From: a bacterium
GTDB lineage: Bacteria; Bacteroidota; Ignavibacteria; UBA10030
Length of the DNA stretch: 64,000 nt
Assembly (NCBI GenBank): GCA_043803945.1
Contig: JAZDJN010000016.1
Coordinates: forward strand, 224,812 to 288,811
Direction of reading: 5' to 3'
The position numbers were made by a program, and so were the translations under genes. The notes below the pieces were generated by a model. That model did not search any database. It was not told where the DNA came from and worked only from the letters and a program-made list of their open reading frames with translations. This document shows, in pieces, positions 1-10,504 of this stretch (its first letter is position 1; each line of letters starts with the position of its first letter).

Positions 1-300
1 GGAGGAATCGTACCAAATTCAACGCCGCTTCATCCGACTCCGGTATACGAATTCCTCATTGCTCTCCTCATTTTCGTTCTTTTGTGGAGATTAAGGAAAT
101 CCTTCCGCCCTGACGGAAAGCTTTTTATGCTTTATCTTGTTTTCGCCGGACTTGAACGCTTCGCTATTGAATTTATGCGACTGAATGAACGGACAGCCCT
201 TGGCTTCACCGAAGCGCAGTTGATTTCTTTCGGAATGACGATCATCGGCGTATTCGGCTGGATTCTCCTTTCACGGAAGAATACTACACTGAGTGGATAA
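1..300 (+). CDS. lgt: Prolipoprotein diacylglyceryl transferase, C-terminal part (5' end lies outside the window)
   Basis: Frame 1 is open from nt 1 and continuous with ORF 82..300. The translation GGIVPNSTPLHPTPVYEF...YLVFAGLERFAIEFMR matches the Lgt C-terminal membrane region. TAA stop at 298-300 overlaps the next ATG. Confidence 0.7.
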   Translation, partial: GGIVPNSTPLHPTPVYEFLIALLIFVLLWRLRKSFRPDGKLFMLYLVFAGLERFAIEFMRLNERTALGFTEAQLISFGMTIIGVFGWILLSRKNTTLSG

Positions 301-767
301 TGCATCGACTTGAGCTTTATGTTATTGAGGACAATCCAGAAAATAGTGAGGTAAGGAACCTGCTTCATTCACTTATCACTAATTTCTTTTTTGAGTATCG
401 CGAGATCACCCTGACCAGCGACCACCCCCTCTTTGAGCGCTTCAGAGGAAAAACTCCATTGATCATTGTCGATGGAAAACATCAACTCAGTAGCCCTATT
501 ACGCGTGAAGTCATTATTCAGCACCTCCTTTCCCCTGAGCCGATTCAGAAGCGATATCTCTTTGGAAGAATATTCGAGGTGATCGGATTCTGTATCATCG
601 TCATTAGCTTCATCTTCGGATTGCGCGGTGACATCCAAACCGATCTCACATTCTTTCTGGGCGGCATGGTCATCTTTGCCATCGGATGGCTGCTGGAGAA
701 ATCGAGCGTGAAGAATAAACCGGTGCCCATTCTGCCTTCTTCTGAAGACCAAAAACGAAATGAATAA
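300..767 (+). CDS. Glutaredoxin-like (DUF836-type) N-domain fused to a 3-4 TM membrane segment
   Basis: N-terminus YVIEDNPE...FRGKTPLIIVDGKH resembles glutaredoxin-2/DUF836. Hydrophobic C-terminal half. Start overlaps the lgt stop (TAATG). Confidence 0.45.
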   Translation: MHRLELYVIEDNPENSEVRNLLHSLITNFFFEYREITLTSDHPLFERFRGKTPLIIVDGKHQLSSPITREVIIQHLLSPEPIQKRYLFGRIFEVIGFCIIVISFIFGLRGDIQTDLTFFLGGMVIFAIGWLLEKSSVKNKPVPILPSSEDQKRNE

Positions 768-1497
768 TTACATCGTTGGAAGAAAACCGGTTCTCGAAGC
801 TTTAAAACATGGTGTACCAATCCAAAAGATTTTTCTCGCCCATGGTGGTCACGGAGAAATACTTCAGCAGCTACGATACCTGGCAAAACAGCGTGGTGTT
901 CCGGTTTCCGAAGTGAATAAAGAAAAGCTGCATGAACTCTCCCCCGAGACACTCCACCAGGGGGTTATCGCGATCACATCGACAACGCGGGAGTATGAAA
1001 TCGAAAACCTCCTGGAGATTCCCGTATTGAAAAAAGAAGCTCCGTACTTTGTCATCCTCGATGGCATTGAAGATCCTCATAACATCGGAGCAATCATCCG
1101 CACTGCGGAATGCGCAGGAGTTCATGGTATTATCCTCCAAAAACACCACTCACCTCCATTAAATGAGACGGTCATTAAAGCATCTGCCGGTGCGGCATTG
1201 CATCTGCCCATCGCTCGCGTAACCAACATCGCACAGACCATAGATCTTCTAAAGCAACATGGCTGCTGGATCGTTGGTACAGCCGTGGATGCTGAAAAAA
1301 AATATTTTGAATTGGATTTTACGATGCCTCTTGCCATCGTCATCGGCAGTGAAGGAAGAGGAATGCGAAGGCTGGTTAAAGAACAGTGTGATTTCCTTAT
1401 CAGAATACCATTACGAGGCTCTTTGGACTCTCTCAATGCCTCGGTAGCGAGCGCATTAGTCCTGTTTGAGGTCTCCCGCTACAGAAAAACCCTGTAG
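760..1497 (+). CDS. rlmB: TrmH-family 23S rRNA (guanosine-2'-O)-methyltransferase
   Basis: SpoU/TrmH motifs ILDGIEDPHNIGAIIRTAECAGVHGIIL and IGSEGRGMR; length 245 aa. Confidence 0.8.
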   Translation: MNNYIVGRKPVLEALKHGVPIQKIFLAHGGHGEILQQLRYLAKQRGVPVSEVNKEKLHELSPETLHQGVIAITSTTREYEIENLLEIPVLKKEAPYFVILDGIEDPHNIGAIIRTAECAGVHGIILQKHHSPPLNETVIKASAGAALHLPIARVTNIAQTIDLLKQHGCWIVGTAVDAEKKYFELDFTMPLAIVIGSEGRGMRRLVKEQCDFLIRIPLRGSLDSLNASVASALVLFEVSRYRKTL

Positions 1498-1579
1498 TGA
1501 CTCCAGAGTATCCGCCTGGACCGATAAAGAGATTTGAGTACGCATAGTTGAGGTCAGAGGGTGAGCAAGCGTGCCGCTT

Positions 1580-2953
1580 CTATGCCCCTTCGATTTCGTC
1601 TTCCTCCCTCATCAATCCATAGCGTTTCATCTTCGTGTAGAGGTGGCTCCGTTGAATATCGAGAATTTCCGCGGTCTTTGAAATATTCCAGCGGTTTTTT
1701 TCCAATTGACGCTTGATGAATGCGGCCTCTGCCTTCTCCTTGAAATCCTGGAAGGAACCACTCAGTTCGAGAAGCGAATCAAACTCATTCTTACCAGAGC
1801 CGGTCGTGCCTTCGAAGAGAGAGATATCGATAGCTGTTCCTGCAGAGAGAATCACAAGTCGTTCAACAACATTTTTTAATTCACGGACATTTCCAGGCCA
1901 TGGATAAGCGGCCAGTTGCTCCAGCGCTGCGGCTGAAATGGTTTTCACCGCCATACCGTTCCTTGAACAGACCTCTTCGATAAACGACTTCACGAGAAGC
2001 GGAATATCGCTTTTCCGATCGGACAATGGTGCTACATGAACGGGAATAACTTTTAATCGATGATAGAGGTCATCGCGGAACTGCCCCTTCTTGATCAAGT
2101 CTTCGAGGTCCTTGTTGGTGGCGGCGAGAACGCGAACATCAACCGCAATCAATTTATTTCCCCCGACTCGTTCGATCGTCCTCTCTTCCAGTGCACGAAG
2201 GACTTTTGCCTGTGCCTGAAGACTCATATCGGCGATTTCATCAAGAAAGAGTGTCCCGCCATCGGCTTGTTCAAATTTTCCAAGACGCTGCGTTGTAGCA
2301 CCAGTAAAGGATCCCTTTTCATGTCCGAACAATTCCGATTCGATCAATTCCGAAGGGATTGCAGCGCAGTTCACTTCAATAAAAGGTTTCTTTGCCCGCT
2401 TGCTCTTTCGATGAATCGCTCTGGCAACAAGCTCCTTGCCAGTACCATTGGCACCGGTGATGAGGACGCGTGCATCAGTAGGGGCTACCCGATCTATTAT
2501 TGCCAGAACCTCACGGATCTTCGGACTCTCGCCGAGTAGTTGCCATTTTCCCTCAAAGGATTCTTGTAGCTTTCGGTAGTCTTCCGAAAGCTTTGCCTGG
2601 TGAAGCGCATTCCGGACTGTTACCAGGAGCTTATCCCGGTCAAGCGGCTTCGGGAGAAAATCGAAAGCACCCAGCTTGGTGGCTTCGACAGCGGTTTCAA
2701 TAGTTCCATGGCCTGAGATCATAATCACCGGAACATCACTATTCTTCTCTCGTGACCGTTGGAGTACTTCCAGGCCATCCATACCAGCCATTTTGACGTC
2801 GAGGAGTAATAAATCAATAGATTCTGTCTGCAATAATCGAAGCGCTTGTTCACCATTTTCAGCTATGAGGGTTTCATACCGTGCGTAGTCGAGAATCATT
2901 TTCACGGAATCGCGAATACTCTTTTCATCATCGACAATGAGGACGGTCTTCAT
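1580..2953 (-). CDS. Sigma-54-dependent response regulator (NtrC/Fis family: REC + AAA+ + HTH)
   Basis: N-terminal REC (LIVDDE...D), AAA+ Walker A GANGTGKE, GAFTGA motif (GSFTGA), ESELFGHEKG, C-terminal Fis-type HTH. Confidence 0.9.
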   Translation of the reverse strand: MKTVLIVDDEKSIRDSVKMILDYARYETLIAENGEQALRLLQTESIDLLLLDVKMAGMDGLEVLQRSREKNSDVPVIMISGHGTIETAVEATKLGAFDFLPKPLDRDKLLVTVRNALHQAKLSEDYRKLQESFEGKWQLLGESPKIREVLAIIDRVAPTDARVLITGANGTGKELVARAIHRKSKRAKKPFIEVNCAAIPSELIESELFGHEKGSFTGATTQRLGKFEQADGGTLFLDEIADMSLQAQAKVLRALEERTIERVGGNKLIAVDVRVLAATNKDLEDLIKKGQFRDDLYHRLKVIPVHVAPLSDRKSDIPLLVKSFIEEVCSRNGMAVKTISAAALEQLAAYPWPGNVRELKNVVERLVILSAGTAIDISLFEGTTGSGKNEFDSLLELSGSFQDFKEKAEAAFIKRQLEKNRWNISKTAEILDIQRSHLYTKMKRYGLMREEDEIEGA

Positions 2954-2965
2954 GATTAGCCCCTG

Positions 2966-3712
2966 CTATGGGATTCTTGTGGAGACATGGATATATTCCG
3001 AAGGAAGGAGATTCTTAATCACACTCAAATCGTGACCGAACTGTTCGCCCTGCTTATTTGCTCTACGGTCGCGGATATCATTCACTCCGCCGACAATGAA
3101 TTGAGTTTCTCCCCATTCAATAAAATTTCCTGAAGCTCTGGCGAGTTCGGGTGAGTCTGTGGTATACGCAAGATAAGCGGAACCAAAGAAATGCTGTAAT
3201 TTATCCTTATCACTCTGGCTGGTTTCAGGTGAATCCGGATAGAGCTTTGCAGGCAAGTGGTTGATCCGAGCGGAATAGAGTGAATCAGTTTCGTACGTTA
3301 ATGGGACACCGACCTTGCCAAGCACGGGTATACGAATCTCCAGATTTTGATGATCGAGAACTCCCATCATCGAAAGAAAGAGTGCTCGAACAATATTGTA
3401 GTCCGCAATAGCCAACGCTTTCTGATAGATGGCATCAACTGCCCGCAGATCTCCATCCCGTCTCATAAGTATGGCAAATTTTTCATGACGGATATAACGA
3501 CGAATCTGTTGAACGTCCTGGATAAGTTGCGGCGTAAAAAAGCGCCCAACAATCGTACCGAGAGAGAAACCCGAGTCATCAGCATCATTATAATTCCATG
3601 TCAAATAGTCTCCCGTAGCCGTCATGCCTTGCTGGGTATGGGCAATCCCCAATCCAGCCAAGAGGATGAGGAGCAGAAGACTCAATCGGACGATGTGCAA
3701 TTGCAGTACCAC
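2966..3712 (-). CDS. Hypothetical secreted protein (signal peptide)
   Basis: 248 aa ORF with hydrophobic N-terminal signal LLLLILLAGLGIA. No family recognised. Confidence 0.5.
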   Translation of the reverse strand: MVLQLHIVRLSLLLLILLAGLGIAHTQQGMTATGDYLTWNYNDADDSGFSLGTIVGRFFTPQLIQDVQQIRRYIRHEKFAILMRRDGDLRAVDAIYQKALAIADYNIVRALFLSMMGVLDHQNLEIRIPVLGKVGVPLTYETDSLYSARINHLPAKLYPDSPETSQSDKDKLQHFFGSAYLAYTTDSPELARASGNFIEWGETQFIVGGVNDIRDRRANKQGEQFGHDLSVIKNLLPSEYIHVSTRIP

Positions 3713-3794
3713 TGAGTGTTAGGGGTTAGAAGCTGTTCATTGTTTACTACCTCTATTCCACGAGAAACTCTACGAGAAGTTTCAGAAGGATCCA

Positions 3795-6700
3795 TCAGCG
3801 CTGAGCTTGCCTATTTTTTTTACTCCCTTTGATAAAGATATAAAACGCATAGTCCTTCGCCTCTGTATTATTTGGATTCAATCGTGATGCTTGCGTAGCG
3901 AAACTGAGCGCATATCCTTCATTCCCCATTTCATTCCAACAGATAGCGAGATTGAGCAGCAACCGATCAAGTTGAATCCTGCTCACATTCTCACGATCTT
4001 CATTCATCTTCAATGCCTTCTCGTAATATACCGCTGCTTGTTTGAATTGCTGAAGGTGAAAATAATAGTCGCCAAGTTTTGAAAAATAGTAATCCACTGA
4101 GTCCTTGGTAAGTCTGATGCATTCCTTCAATAACTGCACCGAAGCTGTGGTGTCAAAGGGCTGAACCGGGCTGCTCAAGTTGCGGAGGGATATGAATTTC
4201 TTCCAGACATACTTTTCAAGGACAACAGGATCGTGGGGACTTAACTCTACCAGGCGCTGTAAATAGATTAGGCCCTCCTCCTTTTTTTCCAACCGATCAC
4301 AGAGATCGACCATCTGCTTAAGGCTTGCTGTATCTTGTGGATGAGCCTGGAGATACTGTACTAATAACGAATAGCCGATCGGTGCGCCTCCTCGATCGCT
4401 TAATGTATGATACCGGATCAGGTTGAGGGCTTCTTCTTCAGTTAAGGCGCGCCTTCGAAGAAGCTTCTTGAAAGCAGTCGGGCTGTCGTCAAATCTCCAG
4501 CGTTCATCGTAGGCGTTCAGCTTTGTGACACCGGCATTGATATAGAATGCCTTCGGTGCACGATATTCCAACAGCGGTTTATCTTCCGTATTGAATTCTC
4601 CATAGTTTGCATACTCCGAGAGGCCTCGTTCAGAGATCGCCTGGAGAGAGAGAAATGTGGCTACATCATTCACATGCAATCGCCGAAGATCATCCCGCAC
4701 CGCCGGAATGGATATTTTCTTTTGAAGCTCCTCCTCTGTTATTTCGATTGGTTCGTTTGATCCAATAAGGATAACATCTTTGGTTAAGGAATACCAGAGA
4801 CTGGTGTTCGGAAAAACGGAAGAGAATGTTCGAACGACTAATCGAAAAGTCTCATCATCCATTTCGTACAGATAGAACCATTGTACCATCAATCCGTTCG
4901 GTTTCATTCTCGTTTTACATTCTTGAAAAAATTCAATCGTGTAAAGGCTTCCGATACCGGCAATCCATGGATTCGAAGGTTCACTGACAATTACATCGTA
5001 GCTGGAATTTGAGAGTTTGAGAAATGAAAGGGCATCATCAATAAAAATTTTGGAGCGCGGATCGCTCAGTGGTTTTCCGTTGACATGTTCAAAATGTTTT
5101 GAGGCATCGATGACCTCAGCGGAAATCTCCACTGTTTGTACGGACTTCACAGGGTGTGTTAAGATACTCCCGATTGTTGCTCCACTGCCAAATCCAATGA
5201 CCATCACGGAATCCGGTTTCGGGTGGATCATCATTGGAATCTGGCCAAGCAGTACCTGGGTGGGAAGGTCAACGGTCGACGATGCATCGGCTTTTCCGTT
5301 AATGATCAGGACGTTTTGAAAATCAATCGGTGTTCCCTCCTGGAGAACGCCGACTGTCGCCATCGTACCCTCTTTGTAATACACAATTTTATTCCGCCGA
5401 ATGGTATTCACAAATTCTGTATAGGAAGCAGGAGGTGCACTTTTTCTGGTTAAGTTGCGAAAGACACCTGAGAGAGTGACAATTTGATTCCAATCAGCCG
5501 TAAGGTAGATAAAGATGAGAACGGCAGTAATGATCGACGTCGTTTGAAATTTCCTTCGCTTGATCGATATACGGGGATCATGGAATAAGAGCAGGACTCC
5601 GCTGAGTATATTGATTAAGAGGCCAACCTCGATGGAATGCCGGACACCAATCAACGGGATGAGAATCAATCCTCCCGCCAAGGAGCCCAGAACAGTTCCA
5701 AGCGTGTTGATAGAAAAAACCGTGCCGACCATCCGGCCTAAAATCTTGATATCGCTTGTGGCAATTCTGCTGGCAATCGGCAAACTCATCCCGAGAAAGA
5801 TTGTGGGAACGATCATGATGAGAAAGCCGACAAAGAATTGAAGCGTCAGGAAAATCGGATATGTTGCTTCTGTCCTGTTGAGAGCATAGCCCACATGCCA
5901 GAAAGCATAGGGCACATAGCCGTAGAGAGGCAGGGACATTACCATGGAAATCCCAATGGCGAATTGGCACGAAGTAAGAAGATTGAAGAGGTTCTTCACT
6001 TTATGAATGATCTTCGATACAATGAGACTGCCGATTGTGATACCTGAAATAAAAGCAATGAGGAGAAGCGTATACGAATACGTGGATGAACCGAGGATAG
6101 GAATAAGCAAGCGCAACCAGGTTACTTCATAGATCATTGAAGCAAGGCCTGAGAGGCCTGCGACCAGAATCGCCAATGTAATTTGCCGCTCGGAATAAGT
6201 CGTCTCTTCTGATTCCGCTTGGTCTAATTCCTCCCGGGCTGCCATCTGCAATTTTGAGATCAACAATGCGATTACTCCGACTCCGATATTGATAACGCCT
6301 GCCGCGATGATCGTTCCTTTCAATCCCACAAGAGGCACCAGGAAGAATCCGCCTAGCATTGACCCAACCACAGCTCCAAAACTATTCAGAAAGTAAAGAA
6401 GTGCAACATTTTTTCCGGACTCATTAATGCTCTTTGAGAGAAATCGGACGAGTACCGGCAATGTCCCTCCCATGAGAATCGTTGGAAGGAGGAGTGTCAC
6501 TACACTGATGAGTAATTTGAGGATTAATACACCAAACGAGTCGCTTGCCAGATTTGCTCCCTGAGCAATACTGATGAAAACTCCTTTGAGCGATGAAATC
6601 AAGAATGGATAAAGGAGGCAGTAGATTCCGATCAGGATTTCAAGAATCGCATACAGGCGAAGCGGATTCCGGGAGCTGTCTGATTTTCTCCCCCAGAGCG

Positions 6701-6875
6701 ATGCCCCTATCGCCAATCCTCCCATAAATGTTGCCAGAACAACCGTTTGCGCATAGGTGGTATTTCCAAGGAACAATGAGAGATATTTAAACCAGACAAT
6801 CTGGTAGACCAGTCCTGAAGCACCGGAGACGATGAACAGAATTGCGATAATTGAATAGAGACTGCTTTTCTTCAT
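3795..6875 (-). CDS. Polyamine aminopropyltransferase (spermidine synthase)-like protein fused to N-terminal polytopic MFS-like domain and C-terminal TPR repeats
   Basis: Twelve or more TM helices, then a spermidine synthase fold (VMVIGFGSGATIG...DVIVSEPSNPW...), then TPR-like repeats. The ATG at 6875 (MKKSSLYS...) is preferred over the track start 6917, which would overlap meaB. Confidence 0.8.
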   Translation of the reverse strand: MKKSSLYSIIAILFIVSGASGLVYQIVWFKYLSLFLGNTTYAQTVVLATFMGGLAIGASLWGRKSDSSRNPLRLYAILEILIGIYCLLYPFLISSLKGVFISIAQGANLASDSFGVLILKLLISVVTLLLPTILMGGTLPVLVRFLSKSINESGKNVALLYFLNSFGAVVGSMLGGFFLVPLVGLKGTIIAAGVINIGVGVIALLISKLQMAAREELDQAESEETTYSERQITLAILVAGLSGLASMIYEVTWLRLLIPILGSSTYSYTLLLIAFISGITIGSLIVSKIIHKVKNLFNLLTSCQFAIGISMVMSLPLYGYVPYAFWHVGYALNRTEATYPIFLTLQFFVGFLIMIVPTIFLGMSLPIASRIATSDIKILGRMVGTVFSINTLGTVLGSLAGGLILIPLIGVRHSIEVGLLINILSGVLLLFHDPRISIKRRKFQTTSIITAVLIFIYLTADWNQIVTLSGVFRNLTRKSAPPASYTEFVNTIRRNKIVYYKEGTMATVGVLQEGTPIDFQNVLIINGKADASSTVDLPTQVLLGQIPMMIHPKPDSVMVIGFGSGATIGSILTHPVKSVQTVEISAEVIDASKHFEHVNGKPLSDPRSKIFIDDALSFLKLSNSSYDVIVSEPSNPWIAGIGSLYTIEFFQECKTRMKPNGLMVQWFYLYEMDDETFRLVVRTFSSVFPNTSLWYSLTKDVILIGSNEPIEITEEELQKKISIPAVRDDLRRLHVNDVATFLSLQAISERGLSEYANYGEFNTEDKPLLEYRAPKAFYINAGVTKLNAYDERWRFDDSPTAFKKLLRRRALTEEEALNLIRYHTLSDRGGAPIGYSLLVQYLQAHPQDTASLKQMVDLCDRLEKKEEGLIYLQRLVELSPHDPVVLEKYVWKKFISLRNLSSPVQPFDTTASVQLLKECIRLTKDSVDYYFSKLGDYYFHLQQFKQAAVYYEKALKMNEDRENVSRIQLDRLLLNLAICWNEMGNEGYALSFATQASRLNPNNTEAKDYAFYIFIKGSKKNRQAQR

Positions 6876-6913
6876 AGAATTTCCTTCGTTAATAAAAACC
6901 TCGACATTGCCTC

Positions 6914-7888
6914 TCACTTATCTTTTTCATCAGTGCCACAGGGGCCGTTATAATCTTTCATTAACAGTTCAACCAGGTGATATGGTGTAATCTCACGTTT
7001 GAAGATCCTCGTCAGAGAGCTGCTGAGATTTGATGATCTCTCTTCATTCCAGAAATCGATATGGAGCCGGTCATGAATGATCTCCTTAATACGATGTTCG
7101 ATCCGCTGAATTCTTCTGAGTTCAAAAGTTCCGGATGAGAGCAGGAAGTCATGATGGCGTTTGATTTGCAGCGCGATCTCTTCAATTCCGATGCCCTCAT
7201 TTGCTTGAGCCTTGACGATTGACGGTAACCAGCTTTTCACCTCATGAGGCCGTAACCCAAGAATGAGTTGAATGGAATTAATCGCCTGATCTGCACCCGG
7301 CCGATCGGACTTGTTCAGTACAAAGAAATCGGCAATCTCCATCAAACCGGCTTTCATCGCCTGAATCCCATCACCTGACTCCGGAACAAGCACGACTACA
7401 GTGGTATCAGCGGCGCCCGCAATGTCCAATTCAGACTGACCAACTCCTACTGTTTCCAGCATTACAACATCATGGCCGGTTGCATCGAGAATATCCGCGG
7501 CTTCCTTTGCCTTTTTACTGAGCCCACCGAGACTTCCCCGCGATGCCATGCTCCGGATGAAGACACCTTGATCGAGATCGATATCGGTCATTCGAACACG
7601 GTCACCGAGCAACGCACCTCCGGTGAATGGGCTTGTAGGATCGACGGCAATGATGCCGACAGTGTTCCCCTGAGATCGATAATACTTCGCGAGCTTATTC
7701 GTCAATGTACTCTTCCCTGCTCCCGGAGGTCCAGTAATTCCGATACGATAGGCCGAACCGGTGTGGGGATAGATCGCCGAGAGAATTTCGACGGTATGCT
7801 GTGTACCATTTTCAACCTCCGAAATTGCGCGTGCAATTGCCCGGCGGTCTTTTCGAAGTAATGATTGAATAAATGAATCAAAGGCCAT
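6914..7888 (-). CDS. meaB: Methylmalonyl-CoA mutase-associated GTPase MeaB/ArgK
   Basis: P-loop GITGPPGAGKST, IIAVDPTSPFTGGALLGDRVRM, ETVGVGQSE, VLNKSD motifs. Confidence 0.85.
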   Translation of the reverse strand: MAFDSFIQSLLRKDRRAIARAISEVENGTQHTVEILSAIYPHTGSAYRIGITGPPGAGKSTLTNKLAKYYRSQGNTVGIIAVDPTSPFTGGALLGDRVRMTDIDLDQGVFIRSMASRGSLGGLSKKAKEAADILDATGHDVVMLETVGVGQSELDIAGAADTTVVVLVPESGDGIQAMKAGLMEIADFFVLNKSDRPGADQAINSIQLILGLRPHEVKSWLPSIVKAQANEGIGIEEIALQIKRHHDFLLSSGTFELRRIQRIEHRIKEIIHDRLHIDFWNEERSSNLSSSLTRIFKREITPYHLVELLMKDYNGPCGTDEKDK

Positions 7889-7890
7889 AA

Positions 7891-9189
7891 TTATTGCTTC
7901 GGCGTTAAATGTTTCAATGCCTTTTTGCCAATGTCGCTTCGGTAGTATGCTCCATCAAAGGTCACTTTCCCCACGACGCGATATGCCGTCTCAATGGTCT
8001 GAGGAAGGTCAGCGGCGTATCCAATTGCCGTCACTCCGAGAACTCTCCCACCCGATGTCTCAACACGCTCTCCAGCAGATCGGGTACCGGAATGGAAGAT
8101 TGCCACACCCTCTTCCGGTTTCGCTGACTCCAAACCAATTATTTCCTTGCCCGTTTCATAGTCATCCGGATACCCGCGGGAAGCCATCACAACACAAACC
8201 GCAGAGGCATCGTGGAGTGGGACCGGTTGACCATTCAATCTTCCTTCTGCTGCCGAGAGCAGTAGCTGCGCGAAGTCAGCATCGATCAATGGGATGACGA
8301 CCTGAGCTTCAGGATCTCCAAAGCGGCAATTATATTCGACAACCTTAGGGCTTCCATCGGTGATCATCAATCCGCAGTAAAGACATCCTTTATAGGGAGT
8401 TCCTAACTCCTGCATTCCTTTGAGGGTGGGTGCAATGACCTCCTCTTCAATGCGTTTCATTAACTCAGGGGTCACGATCGGAGCCGGAGCATAAGCTCCC
8501 ATGCCACCGGTATTCTTCCCCATATCATTGTCGAAAATTCTTTTATGATCCTGTGCTGCGGCAAGTGTCGTGAATCGAACACCGTCGGTAATAGCAAAGA
8601 CGGAAGCTTCCTCTCCAGCCATGTATTCTTCGATCACGACGCGTTCACCTGCTGTTCCAAATATCTTACGGACCATCAGGTCTTCGATCGCAACACACGC
8701 TTCATCCTGAGTGGAACAGATGAGCACGCCCTTCCCCGCTGCCAATCCATCAGCTTTGACGACACAGGGAACTTGATGCGATCTGATATACGCTTCTGCA
8801 TCGGAGCGTTGGTTGTTAGTAAAGATGGCAAACCGCGCCGTTGGAATATGGAACATCGCCATAAACTCTTTTGCAAAAACCTTGCTCCCCTCCAATGCTG
8901 CAGCAGCTTTACTCGGCCCGAAGATTTTTAGGTGATGTGACTCAAAGAGATCGACAATTCCCTGTACAAGCGGCTGTTCAGGCCCGACGATCGTTAAATC
9001 GATTGCATTCTCCTGTACGAATCTCAGAATCCCGGCATGGTCATTGAGTGTGAGCGGGACAAGTTGTGCGATTTGACCGATGCCGGCATTTCCGGGAGCG
9101 ACAAAGAGTCGTTGGACCAGTGGGCTTTGCCGTAATTTCCATGCAATGACATGTTCACGGCCGCCAGATCCCAACACGAAGACATTCAT
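7891..9189 (-). CDS. purD: Phosphoribosylamine--glycine ligase
   Basis: MNVFVLGSGGREHVIAWKL... ATP-grasp; 432 aa. Typical PurD throughout. Confidence 0.9.
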   Translation of the reverse strand: MNVFVLGSGGREHVIAWKLRQSPLVQRLFVAPGNAGIGQIAQLVPLTLNDHAGILRFVQENAIDLTIVGPEQPLVQGIVDLFESHHLKIFGPSKAAAALEGSKVFAKEFMAMFHIPTARFAIFTNNQRSDAEAYIRSHQVPCVVKADGLAAGKGVLICSTQDEACVAIEDLMVRKIFGTAGERVVIEEYMAGEEASVFAITDGVRFTTLAAAQDHKRIFDNDMGKNTGGMGAYAPAPIVTPELMKRIEEEVIAPTLKGMQELGTPYKGCLYCGLMITDGSPKVVEYNCRFGDPEAQVVIPLIDADFAQLLLSAAEGRLNGQPVPLHDASAVCVVMASRGYPDDYETGKEIIGLESAKPEEGVAIFHSGTRSAGERVETSGGRVLGVTAIGYAADLPQTIETAYRVVGKVTFDGAYYRSDIGKKALKHLTPKQ

Positions 9190-9199
9190 CTCGATACTC

Positions 9200-10504
9200 C
9201 TAGGATTTATTTAAGGCATTCTGATCAATATCCATCAACGATTCAAAGAGTTTCGCCAATTCACCCGTCAGGACGCGACGGTCATATCGCTTGGCGAACT
9301 CCACCGGAATTTGTTCAAGTTGGTTCTTCTCAAATTTCGAAAAATTCTCAAGGATCGCCGCTTCGTGAGCCTTTACATCTTTCAGCGGAATGCAATTGCC
9401 CGCCCCTGATTCAAGCATGAGTTGGCGGAGATGTCCATCAGGTACCGCAGCTAGAATAGGTTTTCGCGTGCCGATGTATTCGTACAGTTTTCCGGGAGAC
9501 TGGAAGTTGTTATCCAAGACAATCCAGAGAAGATCTGACAGCAGCAGTTGCCGAATACACTCCCGATGCTCCAGATAACCGAGGAAGCAGACATCATTCT
9601 GAATTCCCAGTTTATTGACGAGAAACCGGTCTTCATCGCGTGGATTCCCTGCAAGCATGAGTTCGATTCGCCCGCGCAACTGAGGCTGGTAATTGAAGAT
9701 ATTCCGGAGTGCATGGAAAAAGACGGAAGGATCGCGCCCAGCATAAAATGTTCCGGCATGTGCAATCCGCATCTTCTTCTTCGTGGTCGAACGATCGATT
9801 GTGATTGAATCAAAATCTTCTGGGTCATAGCCCTGGGGTATGATCGTCACATCCTGATAATCCAGCGCCGGGTAATGTTTCAGAATGCTCTCTTTGACTC
9901 TTCTCAGTGTCACAATCACTCGATCACAGGAATGCAGTACTCTCCGTTCCATTCGATAATGAATATAACGATGCAGGGGCGTTGGATAGTACTTGAAGGG
10001 GTAATCGAGCCAGGCATCACGGTAATCGAGCACGAGCGGGATGCGGAATTCTTTCTTAAGAGTTTCTCCGATGAGAAAATCTGTCTGTGGCGGCGCCGTC
10101 GCGAACAGGAGATCAAACCCTCCGTGTTGCAGAAGCACTCTGGCCGCTTTCAGAGCATTGGGTTTCCATCCAATTTTTGTATCTGGAAAGAAAAATGTGT
10201 CGCCCAGGAATTGAAAGACCTTTCGCATCCGCTCAGAGGGCATTTTAACCACACCCTGTTTCTTGAGTATTCGGTTAACGTCGTAGGATGACGCACGAAC
10301 GATGCCGATACCCCGTTCTTCGACCTCCGTCAAGAGAGAAGCATCGGTAGCAAAATAACCCGTTGGAGTCACAGTGAGGACGGTCGGTTTCCATCCATAC
10401 TGTGAGAGATACTTCACAAACTTTACTGTCCGTTGTACGCCGCTCAATCCCATCGGGGGAAAGTAATAGGCGATGACAAGAACCCTTCGACAATCATCTC
10501 TCAT
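9200..10504 (-). CDS. Glycosyltransferase family 4 (GT-B) protein
   Basis: N-terminus VLVIAYYFPPMGLSGVQRTVKFVKYL typical of GT4; 434 aa. Overlaps the pepP-like stop by 4 nt. Confidence 0.7.
   Translation of the reverse strand: MRDDCRRVLVIAYYFPPMGLSGVQRTVKFVKYLSQYGWKPTVLTVTPTGYFATDASLLTEVEERGIGIVRASSYDVNRILKKQGVVKMPSERMRKVFQFLGDTFFFPDTKIGWKPNALKAARVLLQHGGFDLLFATAPPQTDFLIGETLKKEFRIPLVLDYRDAWLDYPFKYYPTPLHRYIHYRMERRVLHSCDRVIVTLRRVKESILKHYPALDYQDVTIIPQGYDPEDFDSITIDRSTTKKKMRIAHAGTFYAGRDPSVFFHALRNIFNYQPQLRGRIELMLAGNPRDEDRFLVNKLGIQNDVCFLGYLEHRECIRQLLLSDLLWIVLDNNFQSPGKLYEYIGTRKPILAAVPDGHLRQLMLESGAGNCIPLKDVKAHEAAILENFSKFEKNQLEQIPVEFAKRYDRRVLTGELAKLFESLMDIDQNALNKS

Noticed and set aside
3347-3715. 122-aa + strand ORF overlapping the secreted hypothetical gene
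   Set aside because: It is antisense to a longer ORF that has a signal peptide and has no recognisable features.
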